A DNA stretch of 64,000 bases from Caldilineales bacterium. GTDB taxonomy: Bacteria > Chloroflexota > Anaerolineae > JAAEKA01. Positions 36,527 to 47,816 of the stretch are shown one piece after another. Every line of letters begins with the position of its first letter. The first letter of the stretch is position 1. Made by a program: the position numbers and the translations under genes. The stretch lies in assembly GCA_025055015.1 (NCBI GenBank), contig JANWYQ010000007.1:1440-65439 (forward strand), given 5' to 3'. The notes beneath the pieces are model-generated. The model saw only the letters and a program-made list of their open reading frames with translations. It searched no databases and was not told where the DNA came from.

Positions 36527-37120
36527 CTATTCGGGCGACGGCAGTTTGTCAAGTATGCGCACTTCCTCTGAGACGACCACCGGCACCTCGACCACCCACA
36601 CGCGCAGCCAGCGCTCGCGCTGGCCCGGCTCGGCGATAGCCAGCTCGTAGCGGCTGCCGGCGGCGTCCGCGCGAAAGGCGGCCAGGAAGGCCGGGTTGCC
36701 GCGCACAGGCCGCAGGCCCTCCGGCCGTTGGCCCAGCTCCTCCTGGATCAGCCGGAACCCGCGGACCACCGGCCGGTCAGGCCGCAGCAGCGAGCAGATC
36801 AGGTAGACGGCGTCCGGGTAGAAGGCGTTGCGGGCGTCGGTGGCCGACGGAAAGGCCTCGTCCACCGGGTGGGAGTGGTAGATGGCGATCATCTCCTCGC
36901 CCCGGTCCTCGAACTCGAACTGCTTGAGCAGCGTCTGGCCGTCCACCCAGTAGTCCATGATCGGGTTGGCGGCTTCGTTGCGGCCGCGCACCAGCTCCGT
37001 AGCCACGCCTGCGCGGCCGGCCAGGATGCCGCACACCTCCTCCGGCGCGCCGGCCCGCGCGTGGGCGATGATCTCGTGGTAGATCTGGGGCGGCAGTACG
37101 ATAGCGGTTGGCTCGCTCAT
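36527..37120 (-). CDS. mec: JAMM/MPN+ (Mov34) metalloprotease, Mec-like
   Basis: 'EEVCGILAG' and '[16 protein letters not shown]' JAMM motif (HxH...S..D). Sits upstream of the cysO-like carrier. Confidence 0.75.
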   Translation of the reverse strand: MSEPTAIVLPPQIYHEIIAHARAGAPEEVCGILAGRAGVATELVRGRNEAANPIMDYWVDGQTLLKQFEFEDRGEEMIAIYHSHPVDEAFPSATDARNAFYPDAVYLICSLLRPDRPVVRGFRLIQEELGQRPEGLRPVRGNPAFLAAFRADAAGSRYELAIAEPGQRERWLRVWVVEVPVVVSEEVRILDKLPSPE

Positions 37121-37131
37121 GGCGCGTCGTC

Positions 37132-37788
37132 TCAGCTCTCGAACAGGTACTCCATGCCCGGCTGCAGGTAGGGGTTGCGGCGGCGCTCGCGGCCCACGGT
37201 GGTGGCCGGCCCGTGGCCGGGATAGACGATGTAGTCGTCGGGCAGGGTCAAGATCTGCTCGCGGATAGAGCGCAGCAGGGTGGGACCGTGGCTGCCGGGG
37301 AAGTCGAAGCGGCCCACCCCGCCCGCGAACAACACGTCGCCGCTGAACACCTGCTTGGTGGGGTGGTGGATGTAGATCACGGAGCCAGGAGAGTGGCCCG
37401 GCGCGTGGCGCACCTCCAGCTCTTGGCGGCCGAAGCGCACGACGTCGCCGTGGGCCACGTGGCCGTCAACCGTGGGCATGGGGCCGGGGTCGTAGCCCAG
37501 CCACAGCCGCACCATCTCCCGGCCGCGCGCTAACACCGGCTCGTCCGCCTGGTGCAGCCAGAAGGGCGCGGCGGTGGCCGCGCGCACGGCGTTCACCGCC
37601 AGCACGTGGTCGAAGTGGGCGTGGGTGTTGGGGATGGCCACGATGCGCAGCTCCAGGCGCCTCACCGTGTCCAGGATGCGCTGCGCGTGGTCGCCGGGGT
37701 CAATGACCACAGCCTCGCCCGTCTCCTCGCAGCCCAAGATGTAGCAGTTCACCTCCAACATGCCGACCAGGACGCTCTCGACGATCAT
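37132..37788 (-). CDS. MBL-fold metallo-hydrolase (glyoxalase II-like)
   Basis: '[19 protein letters not shown]', 'NTHAHFDHV', 'HAPGHSPGS'. Confidence 0.8.
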   Translation of the reverse strand: MIVESVLVGMLEVNCYILGCEETGEAVVIDPGDHAQRILDTVRRLELRIVAIPNTHAHFDHVLAVNAVRAATAAPFWLHQADEPVLARGREMVRLWLGYDPGPMPTVDGHVAHGDVVRFGRQELEVRHAPGHSPGSVIYIHHPTKQVFSGDVLFAGGVGRFDFPGSHGPTLLRSIREQILTLPDDYIVYPGHGPATTVGRERRRNPYLQPGMEYLFES

Positions 37789-37813
37789 AGTCTGTTCCTC
37801 TCGCAGCCGCTGC

Positions 37814-40345
37814 TCAGCGGCTGATCACCACCGTGCCCAGGTTCACCCGGTCAATCACCGCCTCGGGGTTGCCGGTGTGCAGGAAGAGCTGAAGCTGGTA
37901 ACGGCCGGGCTGCAGGTAGGCCGGCAGCAGCAGGTCGTGCTCCCCGCGCACGATCTCGCCCTCGCTCCAGCTCAGGGTAGGATACTGCTCGCTGACCAGC
38001 GGCCCGCTGACCGCGGCCACCTCCCGGCCCGAGGGCGTCACCAGCCGCGCCGTGAACCACCAGGCGGCCGTGGGCTTCACGTCCGCCCGCCAGTAGAAGG
38101 TGAGGTGCAGCAGGTCGTTGGCCCGCAGCGGCTCGGCCGGGTTGTGGCGGAAGCCGCGCTTGTAGCGATCGTGGCCCAGCAGGGTGATCTCGTCGAAGCG
38201 AAACGAGGCGGCGTTCTGCATGCCCAGGGCCTCGGGCAGGGGCGGGCTCGCCGGCCGATTGACCCGCACCGTGCCCAGCCTCACGTAGTCGGCGGCGGGG
38301 CTGGCCAGGCGGCGGCCGGTGGCCGGATCGTAGAGGCCTACGATCAGAAGGTAGTCGCCGGGGGCCGTGGCCGGCAACACCAGCAGGCCGTGGTTGTCCA
38401 CCACCAAGTCTCCCGACTGCCAGCCGCTGGTCGGGCGGTCGCCGCTGACCGGCGGCGCGTCTCGCTGCGCCGCCACCTGGTTGCGCTGGTCCAGGAGCTG
38501 CACGAACACGGTGTAGTCCGCGTCGGGCTGCCGCTCGGCCTGCCACACCAGCTGCAGCTGCAGCACCTCGCCCGACGTGATCTCCTGGGCCGACAGCGCG
38601 TAGCGCACCAGGCGGATCTGCTCCCCCAGCACCACGTCCGCCGTCTGCACCGGCCAGCTCTCCGTGGGCCGCTGGGTGGCGTGCATGGTCAGCCGCACGT
38701 TGCCGCGCCAGGTGTCTATGGCCTTGTAGGCGTGGGTGTCCAGCCACCCCTCCACGATGCGCTGCGGGTCGCTCTCCTCGGTGGCCCAGAAGAGGCCGTA
38801 CAGGTGGGGATGGCGGCCGGCCAGCTCCTCCAGGCGGGCCACGGTGGCCGCCGGATCGGGCGGCCGCTGCTCCGGCAGGCCGTAGACTGGCCACTCCCCG
38901 CGGTAGTAGTAGCCGAACACCTCCGCCTGGCCCGGCGCGTTGAGGATGATGGCGTCCTCCGGCTGCGCCACCGCCTGGATGTAGCGCACCATGCCGCGGT
39001 AGTCGTCTCGAGCCACGGTGGGGTCGAAGTAGTACGCCACCAGGGTGAGCGCCGAGGGCACGGTCACCAGGGCCAACGCGGCGGCCGTCCACCCCAAGCT
39101 CAGCCACCGCCCGGCGCTTTGCCCAGGCTGGGCCGCCGTTGCCGAGGAGGCAGCGGGGCGCGGATTGCCCGGCGCGCCCCGGCGGCTCGCCCTGGCCCCC
39201 GCTTTGGCGGCCTGCGCCTCGGCCGGTGTTGCCGCCTGGGGCCGCAGGCCGCGGGCCAAGGCTTCGGCGAAGCCGGTAACCCCGCGCGCCATCAGCAGGC
39301 ACAAGGGCGCCGCGGCCACCACCAGGAACTTGAGGTAGGCCGGCTTGTACAGCCCGGCGCCCAACACCAAAGCCACCGGGGCAGCCAGCCACAGCAGCGG
39401 CAGCGCCCAGCTCAGCCAGTGGGCGCGTCGGCGGTTGGCGCGCACCCACGGCCACAGGCCTAGGATGAACAGGCCCAAGAACACCGCCGTCCAGCCGCTG
39501 GAGGCCTCGACCTGAGCCACCGGCCCCAAGGCCAAAGTGAGCAACAACGTGTTCAGCGCCTGGCCAAGGTCAACCGACGGCTGGGGAGCGGGCCAGGTGG
39601 TCAGCTGGCGAAAGGCGGTAGGAAGCCAGGGCAGGAAGAGGAAGGCCGCGGCCATCATCAGCAGCGCCCAGTGCAGCAGCCGCACCTTGGCGAAGCCGCG
39701 GCGCCGGGAGTTGATGACCCATCCCACGTAGAGCAGGGTTGCCACCGCCATCAGGGCAGGGAAGGTGTAGTGGGTGTAGAGGCCGGCCACGGTGGCCAGC
39801 AGCACGGTGGCGGTAGCCGGCGCCGAGAAGGAGATGCGCCGGCCGCTGCCGTCGGCCGGCAACACCACCGACTCGTGCAGGATGAAGCGCACCAGGCCGT
39901 AGAAGAGCAGCGCGGCCAGGGCCGCCAGCTGCGCGTACATGCGCGCCTCCTGGCTGTAGTAGACCAGGAAGGGGTTCACGGCCGCGAAGAAGGCGGCGAT
40001 CAGGCCGGTGCGCCGGTCGTGCAGCCGGCTGCCGATCTGGAACACCAGCCAGACCAGCGCCACGCCCCACACGGCGGACAACGAGCGCAGGGCTGCCTCG
40101 CTGTCCCCGAACAGGCGCGCCCAGAGGTGGACAAGCCAGTAGTAGAGGGGAGGGTGAATGTCGGCGGCCGCGCGGGCGGATATGTCGGCCAGCGACCGCC
40201 CGGCCATGGCGGCGGTGTTGCCCTCGTCGGCCCACAGGCTCTGGTGGCCGATGCGGAAGAAGCGCAGCCCGGCCGCCAGCAGCAGGATCAGCGGCAGAGC
40301 GGTGGAGGTGGCTTGGCTGCGCGCGCGGGCGGTGGGCTTGTCCAT
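37814..40345 (-). CDS. GT39/ArnT-like polytopic glycosyltransferase with large C-terminal extracytoplasmic domain
   Basis: 'LWADEGNTAAMA...IHPPLYYWLVHLW...SEAALRSLSA' is the N-terminal loop typical of the PMT_2/ArnT family. About 12 TM segments. ATG at 40345. Confidence 0.7.
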   Translation of the reverse strand: MDKPTARARSQATSTALPLILLLAAGLRFFRIGHQSLWADEGNTAAMAGRSLADISARAAADIHPPLYYWLVHLWARLFGDSEAALRSLSAVWGVALVWLVFQIGSRLHDRRTGLIAAFFAAVNPFLVYYSQEARMYAQLAALAALLFYGLVRFILHESVVLPADGSGRRISFSAPATATVLLATVAGLYTHYTFPALMAVATLLYVGWVINSRRRGFAKVRLLHWALLMMAAAFLFLPWLPTAFRQLTTWPAPQPSVDLGQALNTLLLTLALGPVAQVEASSGWTAVFLGLFILGLWPWVRANRRRAHWLSWALPLLWLAAPVALVLGAGLYKPAYLKFLVVAAAPLCLLMARGVTGFAEALARGLRPQAATPAEAQAAKAGARASRRGAPGNPRPAASSATAAQPGQSAGRWLSLGWTAAALALVTVPSALTLVAYYFDPTVARDDYRGMVRYIQAVAQPEDAIILNAPGQAEVFGYYYRGEWPVYGLPEQRPPDPAATVARLEELAGRHPHLYGLFWATEESDPQRIVEGWLDTHAYKAIDTWRGNVRLTMHATQRPTESWPVQTADVVLGEQIRLVRYALSAQEITSGEVLQLQLVWQAERQPDADYTVFVQLLDQRNQVAAQRDAPPVSGDRPTSGWQSGDLVVDNHGLLVLPATAPGDYLLIVGLYDPATGRRLASPAADYVRLGTVRVNRPASPPLPEALGMQNAASFRFDEITLLGHDRYKRGFRHNPAEPLRANDLLHLTFYWRADVKPTAAWWFTARLVTPSGREVAAVSGPLVSEQYPTLSWSEGEIVRGEHDLLLPAYLQPGRYQLQLFLHTGNPEAVIDRVNLGTVVISR

Positions 40346-40395
40346 AGCGGGTGCAGTGTAAGGTATCGGCCGGACGGTGTCAAGTTCGCCCGCCG

Positions 40396-42216
40396 TTACT
40401 CTTGCCACCCGGCCTGTTGCGGGATCCCCCGCTTGCTGGCCTGCCACAAGGAGAAGATGAAGCCCGCTGCTATCAGGAAGACCAGCGTCACCCCGCAGTA
40501 CAGCGCGTTGACCAAGGCCATGTTGCGGTTCTGCACGATCAGGGCATCCACGGCCACCGGCCCCACCACCTGACCTCGGTCATCGAGCTCCGGTCGCAGC
40601 ACCACCGTGCGCGGCCGACGGTTGGACATGCTGCCCACCACGGGCAGGAGCTGGGCCGGCTGCGCGGTCCGCGCCCGCAGGTCCACCCGGCCGCGCGGGC
40701 GGCCGTCCACCTCCACCGTCCAGCGCCCCAGGTCGGGGCCGCGCGGGGCCACCAGGACCAGGTCGCTGCCCTGCACGGTGAAGGTCAACCGGGCGTTGGG
40801 GTCCGACGTGCGACGCAGGCTGCCCAGCCGCGCCGCAGGGTCGGCCACGGTCTCCCACTCCCCGCTGTACTGGAGCGCCCAGTGGTCCTCCTGGTGCTGG
40901 CCTCGGTAGAGGGTGGGGGTGAGGCCATCGGTGTAGGCTTGCATGGCCCGGTACACCGGCAAGGGCTGGAAGTCAGGGGTGAGCAGGCGGAAGTAGGCCT
41001 CCGGCTGGCCGTTCTGCTCCCAGACGTCGGTGGCCCGCTTCAGGTACCACACGTTGGCCACGCCCAGCCAGGGCCACTCCCGCTGCAAGCGCTCATAAGC
41101 CATCACCAGGTACTCCGCCTGCTGCTCCAGGGTCACCTGGCCGTAGCGCTTGTCGGGGATCTCGTCCGGCACGGCGTTCCAGTTCATCTCGCTGATCCAG
41201 ATGGCCTTGCCCCCGTCGCCGTTGCGCACCATCACGTCGCGCACGAAGCGCGGCCGGCTGAAGTTGATCACCCGTGGGTGCATGCGGCGGTCGGTGGGAC
41301 CGGACCACAGGCCGTAGCCCTGCATGGCCAGCACGTCGAAGTAGGGCGCGGCGCCGGCGTCGTACATGCGCTGCAGGAAGGTCAGGTCGTTGAAGTTGTG
41401 GCCGGGCACGTGGATGCCGTCCAGGTCAATGGTGCTGGCCAGCGCGCCGGAGATGATCACCACGTTGGGGTCGGCCGCGCGCGCCCGCTCGGCGCCCACC
41501 TTGAGCAGCGCCACGTAGCCCTCGGGGTCAATGGTGGCCTCCCCCCACTCCGGGTAGATGTTGGGCTCGTTCCAGATCTGATAGTAGCGCACCCGGCCCT
41601 TGTACCGCTCCACCACAGCGGCCACGAAGTCACCGAAGTCCTCCAGGTTGTCGGGGGGCGCGTAGGGGCCGGCCGCGTTGCCGGCGGCCCGGCTCCAGGC
41701 CGGCGGGTTGCTCAGCCGCACGATGAGCTCCATGTCGTACTGCTCGGCCAGGGCCACGATGTGGTCGTACTTCTCCCAGGCGGAGCGGTAGGGCTCGTGC
41801 CGGCGGTCCTCGAAGTCCCCTTTGCCGTGGATCTCGATGTCCTCCCAGGGGAACTCCTGGCGCAGCCAGCGGAAGCCGGCCTCCCTGGCCATGCGCACCG
41901 CCAGCTCCCGCTTGTCCGGCTCCACCTCCTGCTCCAGGAAGACGTTGACGCCGAAGGGGTTGACGCCGGCGTGGGCCACGGCGGCCAGGTCGTCGGTGCG
42001 CACCGACGGCCGCAGCGCGTCGGCCGTCAGGTCGGACAGCCCCTTGAGCTGGGGCAGCAGGGCCTCCTCGCCGGTGAGGTTGAAGAGGAGCGAGCGGCTG
42101 CGGCCGGCGACCTCCCCCTGGGACAGGGCCGGCCCGGCAAAAACAGCCAGCCCACTCGCCAGGAGCAGGCTGGCTGCCACAGCGACGGCGATCTGCCAAA
42201 GAGCTTTGCGAGCCAC
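40396..42216 (-). CDS. secreted clan GH-A (TIM-barrel) glycoside-hydrolase-like protein with C-terminal TM anchor
   Basis: Signal anchor 'IAVAVAASLLLASGLAVFA'. 'YYQIWNEPNIYPEWG' (NEP acid/base motif). C-terminal 'VTLVFLIAAGFIFSLW'. Confidence 0.55.
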   Translation of the reverse strand: MARKALWQIAVAVAASLLLASGLAVFAGPALSQGEVAGRSRSLLFNLTGEEALLPQLKGLSDLTADALRPSVRTDDLAAVAHAGVNPFGVNVFLEQEVEPDKRELAVRMAREAGFRWLRQEFPWEDIEIHGKGDFEDRRHEPYRSAWEKYDHIVALAEQYDMELIVRLSNPPAWSRAAGNAAGPYAPPDNLEDFGDFVAAVVERYKGRVRYYQIWNEPNIYPEWGEATIDPEGYVALLKVGAERARAADPNVVIISGALASTIDLDGIHVPGHNFNDLTFLQRMYDAGAAPYFDVLAMQGYGLWSGPTDRRMHPRVINFSRPRFVRDVMVRNGDGGKAIWISEMNWNAVPDEIPDKRYGQVTLEQQAEYLVMAYERLQREWPWLGVANVWYLKRATDVWEQNGQPEAYFRLLTPDFQPLPVYRAMQAYTDGLTPTLYRGQHQEDHWALQYSGEWETVADPAARLGSLRRTSDPNARLTFTVQGSDLVLVAPRGPDLGRWTVEVDGRPRGRVDLRARTAQPAQLLPVVGSMSNRRPRTVVLRPELDDRGQVVGPVAVDALIVQNRNMALVNALYCGVTLVFLIAAGFIFSLWQASKRGIPQQAGWQE

Positions 42217-42298
42217 GGGACCGGACGGGCCGTTGGGTGCTAGAGCCGGGCGAGGCGCTCGGAGGGTGGCTGTGCAGCCGCGCCAGCCGAGCCGCGGC

Positions 42299-43288
42299 TC
42301 ACTGGGTCGCCGAGACGAAGGTGATGCCGGTGCACTGCTCGCTCTGGTTCATGGTGCGCACCCACTTGTCCGACAGCGGCGTGAGGTCGCCGAAGCCGGT
42401 GTCCAGCGTCTGGCCGCCGGGCGGCATGGAGGGCGGGCACTTCACCACGAAGATCTCCACGGTGGTGCCAGGGGGCGGCGGGTTGTTGCCGAAGGGCGCA
42501 AAGCCCCACACGCCGTCGCCGACGCCGTCGCACCCGGAGCACTTGGTGTTGCGCGGGCCGTAGAAGGCGATGTGCACGCACACGCCGTTCATCGGCGAGT
42601 TGTTGCGGTAGCGCACGAAGCCGTTGAAGTAGGTGACGCCGGGGTTCGGCTCGCACCGCTCCACGCCCTTGAGGAGGAAGAAGGGAGTGGTGGGCGCGGG
42701 CGGCTGGGTCGGCTGGGGCACCGGAGTGGGGGTGGGCTGGGGCCGGGCCACGGGCGGCCGGGTGGGCGCCGGAGGGGGCGGCGCCGCGGCCACGGGCACG
42801 CCGCCGGGGTTGCCCTCCAGGGCCACGTACTGGCCGGACACCCAGCCGGCCTGGCCGTTGAAGTTGATCTGCCACCAGGTGCCGGCCTCGTTCCGGCCGG
42901 TGACGTCGTAGCGGTCGCCGTTGCGCGCAGTGCCGATGGCGGGGTAGTTCGTCCCCGGGCCGCTGCGCACGTTCAGGGTGGGGTTGTTGATCACCAGCCG
43001 CGCGGTCTCCGGCGTCGGCGTCGCCTCCGGGGTGGGCGTGGCCTCAGGCGTCGGCGTGGCCTCCGGGGTCGGTGTGGCCTCCGGCGTGTTCGTGGGCGTG
43101 GGGGTGGGCGGCTCCACCGGCGTCATGGTGATGGGCGGCGTGGGGGTGAAAGTGGGCCGTGGAGTGAAGGTGGGTGTGGGCGGCGGACCAGCCTCGCGAG
43201 GAGCAATCAAGTCGCCTAAGGCGCAGGCGGGCGCCACCGCCAGCACCAGCGCGGCGACGATCAGCAGCAAGGTTCGGTTGCGACGCAT
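42299..43288 (-). CDS. secreted lipoprotein: Pro/Thr linker - SH3b domain - Pro linker - Cys-rich C-terminal domain
   Basis: 'LLLIVAALVLAVAPACA' lipobox. (EATPTP)x4 repeat. 'LNVRSGPGTNYPAIGTARNGDRYDV...GTWWQI' SH3b signature. Same architecture as 25984-26910. Confidence 0.7.
   Translation of the reverse strand: MRRNRTLLLIVAALVLAVAPACALGDLIAPREAGPPPTPTFTPRPTFTPTPPITMTPVEPPTPTPTNTPEATPTPEATPTPEATPTPEATPTPETARLVINNPTLNVRSGPGTNYPAIGTARNGDRYDVTGRNEAGTWWQINFNGQAGWVSGQYVALEGNPGGVPVAAAPPPPAPTRPPVARPQPTPTPVPQPTQPPAPTTPFFLLKGVERCEPNPGVTYFNGFVRYRNNSPMNGVCVHIAFYGPRNTKCSGCDGVGDGVWGFAPFGNNPPPPGTTVEIFVVKCPPSMPPGGQTLDTGFGDLTPLSDKWVRTMNQSEQCTGITFVSATQ
43003..43092. repeat. 5 tandem 18-nt units encoding (P)EATPTP linker repeats
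   Basis: Units GGYCTCNGGNGTNGGNGT repeat head-to-tail inside the CDS 42299-43288. Confidence 0.8.
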
Positions 43289-43535
43289 AGCGAGTTACCT
43301 CAGAAGGTGGTTGGAGCTGCTGCCGAGGAGAGACAGAGCGCAGGCCGCGCGGCTGCAGCCACGCCTGCGCGCCGCCTCTGCCCAGGCCAGCTCAGGTCGG
43401 CAGCGCCAGCATCGCGCTGCTGGCTGCCGGCCCGTTACACGGCGGCCAGTATAGCATAGGTTCACGCCGAGGGAGAAACCGCACGCCCCAAGCAGTCCGA
43501 CAGCGACGCCTGATCCCGGCGCCGGCCAGCGCCCG

Positions 43536-44948
43536 TCAACGGCTGCGCTCGCCGCGCTTCTTCTGGCGCTGCGCCTTGCTCCCCCGATAGCTTGGCGCCA
43601 GGATCACCACCACCGTGCAGCGGCTGCTGTCCAACATGCGGCTGGCAATGCGCTCGTCCATCTCCTCCACCGGCTTGCTGCTGGTGATGACCGTGGGCAG
43701 GCGGGCCACGTAGCGGTAGTTGAGGAGCTGGAAGAGCTTCTCGCGGGCCCAGGGGGTGGCGCTCTCGGTGCCCAGGTCGTCGAGGATCAGCAGCGCCGCG
43801 CGGCGCACCTCCTCGAAGCGCACGTCCAGCGAGGCAGCGCTGTTGGGGTTGAAGGCCGCGCGCAGGTAGTCCAACAGGTCGGGCACCACCACGAACATGG
43901 GCCGCTCGTGGAAGCGCTCCACGCGGTGGTTGGCGATGGCCGCGGCCAGGTGGGTCTTGCCGCAGCCGTAGGGGCCCACCAACACCAGCCAGCCGTGGGG
44001 GTCGGCGGCGAAGGCCTCGGCCAGGGCCTTGGCGTGGGCCAGGCTGCGCGCCGCCTCCGGCTCCAGCTCCCCCTGGCGCAGCTCAAAGCTCTCGAAGGTC
44101 TGGTCTGCGTGCAGGCCCAGCACGCTGAGCTCCGGCGCGGTGGGGTCGCCGCTGCCGCGAAAGTCGGGCGCGGTGATGGGCACGATCTGGGTCACGTCGG
44201 GGTCGGCCAGCCGAGAGCGCAGCCGCGGCTCGATCTCCGGCAGGCGCAGGTTGGTGGTGATCACCGTGGGCAGGCGGGCGGTGTAGCGGTAGTTGAGGAG
44301 CTGGAAGAGCTTCTCCTGGGCCCAGGGGGTGGTGTTCTGGCTGCCCAGGTCGTCCAGGATTAACAGCGGCGCGGTGCGCACCCGCTCGAAGCGCTCGTCG
44401 AAACTGACCTCAGAGCTAGGGCCGAAGGTGGCCCGCAGGTAGTCCAGTAGGTCGGGCACCACCACGAACACCACCGGCTCCCCGCGCAGGAGCACCTCGT
44501 GGGCGATGGCCGCGGCCAGGTGGGTCTTGCCGCAGCCGTAGGTGCCGGTGAAGAGCAGCCAGCCGCTGGGCTGGGCGGCGTACTGGCGGGCGATGGCGTA
44601 GGCGGTGCGCAGGTTCTGGCGCTTGTCCTCCGGCAGGCCGATGCCCTCGGGATAGAAGGTGGCGAAGGTCATGTGGCGCAGGTGGCCCAGGTTGCTGATG
44701 CGCAGCAGCTCCGCGTGGCGCTGCGCGGTGAGCTGGTTCACCCGGCAGGAGCAGGGCACGGCGCGGCCGAAGTCGGGGTGGCCCACGGGCACATCGCGCA
44801 CCACGAAGCCCTGCCCGCCGCAGATGGGGCAGGCCTCGCCGGCCGCGCTGCTAGTGTTCGATGAGGTCCTCGAAGCCGCTGGGGAGGTATCGTCGTTTGA
44901 GGGCTTCGTAGGAGTCGTCCGCCGCAAGATCTCGCTGATCGGTTCCAC
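43536..44948 (-). CDS. DnaC/DnaI-like helicase loader with N-terminal zinc motif and two tandem AAA+ modules
   Basis: 'CPICGGQG...PCSC' zinc motif. Module 1: 'GTYGCGKTHLA', 'LLILDDLG', 'VITTN'. Module 2: 'GPYGCGKTHLA', 'LLILDDLG', 'VITSS'. The GTG at 44948 has an AAGGA SD, but the start is uncertain (98-nt overlap with the upstream gene). Confidence 0.65.
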   Translation of the reverse strand: MEPISEILRRTTPTKPSNDDTSPAASRTSSNTSSAAGEACPICGGQGFVVRDVPVGHPDFGRAVPCSCRVNQLTAQRHAELLRISNLGHLRHMTFATFYPEGIGLPEDKRQNLRTAYAIARQYAAQPSGWLLFTGTYGCGKTHLAAAIAHEVLLRGEPVVFVVVPDLLDYLRATFGPSSEVSFDERFERVRTAPLLILDDLGSQNTTPWAQEKLFQLLNYRYTARLPTVITTNLRLPEIEPRLRSRLADPDVTQIVPITAPDFRGSGDPTAPELSVLGLHADQTFESFELRQGELEPEAARSLAHAKALAEAFAADPHGWLVLVGPYGCGKTHLAAAIANHRVERFHERPMFVVVPDLLDYLRAAFNPNSAASLDVRFEEVRRAALLILDDLGTESATPWAREKLFQLLNYRYVARLPTVITSSKPVEEMDERIASRMLDSSRCTVVVILAPSYRGSKAQRQKKRGERSR

Positions 44949-45579
44949 TGTCTTTTCCTTGCGCTGCCCAGCGCTCCAGGATGGCGCGGATGTACTTCCA
45001 GTTGCGGACGTTGAGCTCGGCGGCAATGCGGAACGCGTCCTCGATCCAGCTCTGGGGGAAGGTGCGCTCCGCATCCCGTAGCTCCTCGGCCAGCATGGGC
45101 TGGATCAGGCCGATGTTCTGCTCGTAGAGGGCGTAGATGTGCGGCCGTTGGGCCTGCAGGGTGATCGGCTCCGGCAGGGGTTCGGCCAGGGTGTGGAGCT
45201 CGCCGCGGCGGATGCGCTCCACGGCAGCCCGGCCGTGCTCGCTGTTTAGAAAGTACCAGTCCTCGCTGCCCGAGGAATGTCGCACCTTGACCCGCAGCAG
45301 GGTGCCGCGGGCCTCGGCCCGCTCCAGGCCGCGACGCAGCGCGTCCAGGCCGTCCTCGTCCTCGCCGGCCAGCCCCGCCATCAGCCGATCGTCCGCAGCC
45401 AGCTCCTCCAGCCGCGTGTAGCGCAGGTCGCCCTGCTTGTGGCTCAGGAGCCACAGGCAGTACAGGGTGACCTTGAGCTCGGCCAGGTCGTCCACAATGG
45501 GCAGCAGCTCGGTGAAGAAGGCGTTGGGCACCTTCACCACCGCCTGCCGGCCGGCGGGGAAGCCAGAGAAGGGTTGCAT
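44851..45579 (-). CDS. DnaD/DnaB_2-domain replication initiation/primosome protein
   Basis: C-terminal 'IYALYEQNIGLIQPMLAEELRDAERTFPQSWIEDAFRIAAELNVRNWKYIRAILERW' matches the DnaD-type repeat. Lies between dnaB and the loader. Confidence 0.65.
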   Translation of the reverse strand: MQPFSGFPAGRQAVVKVPNAFFTELLPIVDDLAELKVTLYCLWLLSHKQGDLRYTRLEELAADDRLMAGLAGEDEDGLDALRRGLERAEARGTLLRVKVRHSSGSEDWYFLNSEHGRAAVERIRRGELHTLAEPLPEPITLQAQRPHIYALYEQNIGLIQPMLAEELRDAERTFPQSWIEDAFRIAAELNVRNWKYIRAILERWAAQGKDSGTDQRDLAADDSYEALKRRYLPSGFEDLIEH

Positions 45580-45585
45580 GGGAGG

Positions 45586-46965
<1,380 letters not shown>

Positions 46966-46998
46966 CGCTTCCTCTCCAAAACGGGAATGACCGTGCCA

Positions 46999-47027
46999 AT
47001 TTTAGCACAAAAGTTCTAGAAGTTCAA
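46999..47027 (-). promoter_or_regulatory. sigma70-type promoter for dnaB
   Basis: On the minus strand: TTGAAC-17 nt-TAAAAT, about 35 nt upstream of the dnaB start. Confidence 0.55.
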
Positions 47028-47110
47028 ACGGCTGCGACCGACGCCCGTGGCCGACCTGCGGCCTGGGTGCCCAAACGGGGCCAAGCCACGGCGGGGAGCA
47101 GGCCTCCTGC

Positions 47111-47139
47111 AAAAAGACGGCGAGGCTGTAGCCTCGCCG
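47111..47139 (-). terminator. intrinsic terminator after the BFN nuclease gene
   Basis: Minus strand CGGCGAGGC-TACA-GCCTCGCCG followed by TCTTTTT. Confidence 0.6.
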
Positions 47140-47203
47140 CGTAGATCGTCGGTCATGCGGTTTTTCCGGAGGCGCGGCCGGGAACGACGTGCGAGGAACG
47201 CCC

Positions 47204-47713
47204 TTAGTCGCCGAGGCCTTCGAGGTCCAGCCCCTCTAGGAAGTCGCTGAAGGCGCCGAGATCGTCCTCGCTCTTGGCCTCCGTCTTGCGCTCCGCCTCT
47301 TGGCGGACATCCTCCTCCGGCACAATGCCCGCCCGCGCCATGACGTGGTCCGCCACCAGCACCGGCGCCGAACAGCGCACCGCCAAGGCGATGGCGTCGC
47401 TGGGCCGGGAGTCCACCTCGGTCAGCTCGCCGTCCACGTCCAGCACGATGCGGGCGTAGAAGGTGTCGTTGTTCAAGTCGTTGATCACCACCCGCACCAC
47501 CTCGGCGCCCAAGAGGGTGACGATGGACTTGAGCAGGTCGTGGGTGAGGGGTCGGGCCACCTCCACCCCTTGCAGCTCAATGGTGATGGCGTCGGCCTCG
47601 AAGGGCCCGATCCAAATGGGCAGGTAGCGGTCTCCGTCCACCTCCTTGAGCACCACCACCCGGTGCTGGGACATCAGGCTAACGCGGACGCTATCTATTG
47701 ACACTTCGACCAT
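47204..47713 (-). CDS. bifunctional nuclease (BFN/DUF151) family protein
   Basis: '[43 protein letters not shown]' is the DUF151 signature. Only the last 169 codons of the 540-aa ORF are credible. Confidence 0.75.
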   Translation of the reverse strand: MVEVSIDSVRVSLMSQHRVVVLKEVDGDRYLPIWIGPFEADAITIELQGVEVARPLTHDLLKSIVTLLGAEVVRVVINDLNNDTFYARIVLDVDGELTEVDSRPSDAIALAVRCSAPVLVADHVMARAGIVPEEDVRQEAERKTEAKSEDDLGAFSDFLEGLDLEGLGD

Positions 47714-47816
47714 ATTGAAGGTGCTCCTGTGGCGTCTTGGCTGGGAGGCGTTGGCGTTGGCTAGGGCAACAGTGCCGCGATTATACCACAGGCCGCAAGA
47801 GCACGCCAAACAAGAG

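Noticed and set aside
47011-47027. GAAC-TTC-TA-GAAC pattern in the dnaB promoter as a LexA/SOS box
   Set aside because: The GAAC elements are direct rather than inverted repeats, so the site does not fit the GAAC-N4-GTTC type LexA site. It overlaps the -35 and spacer by chance.
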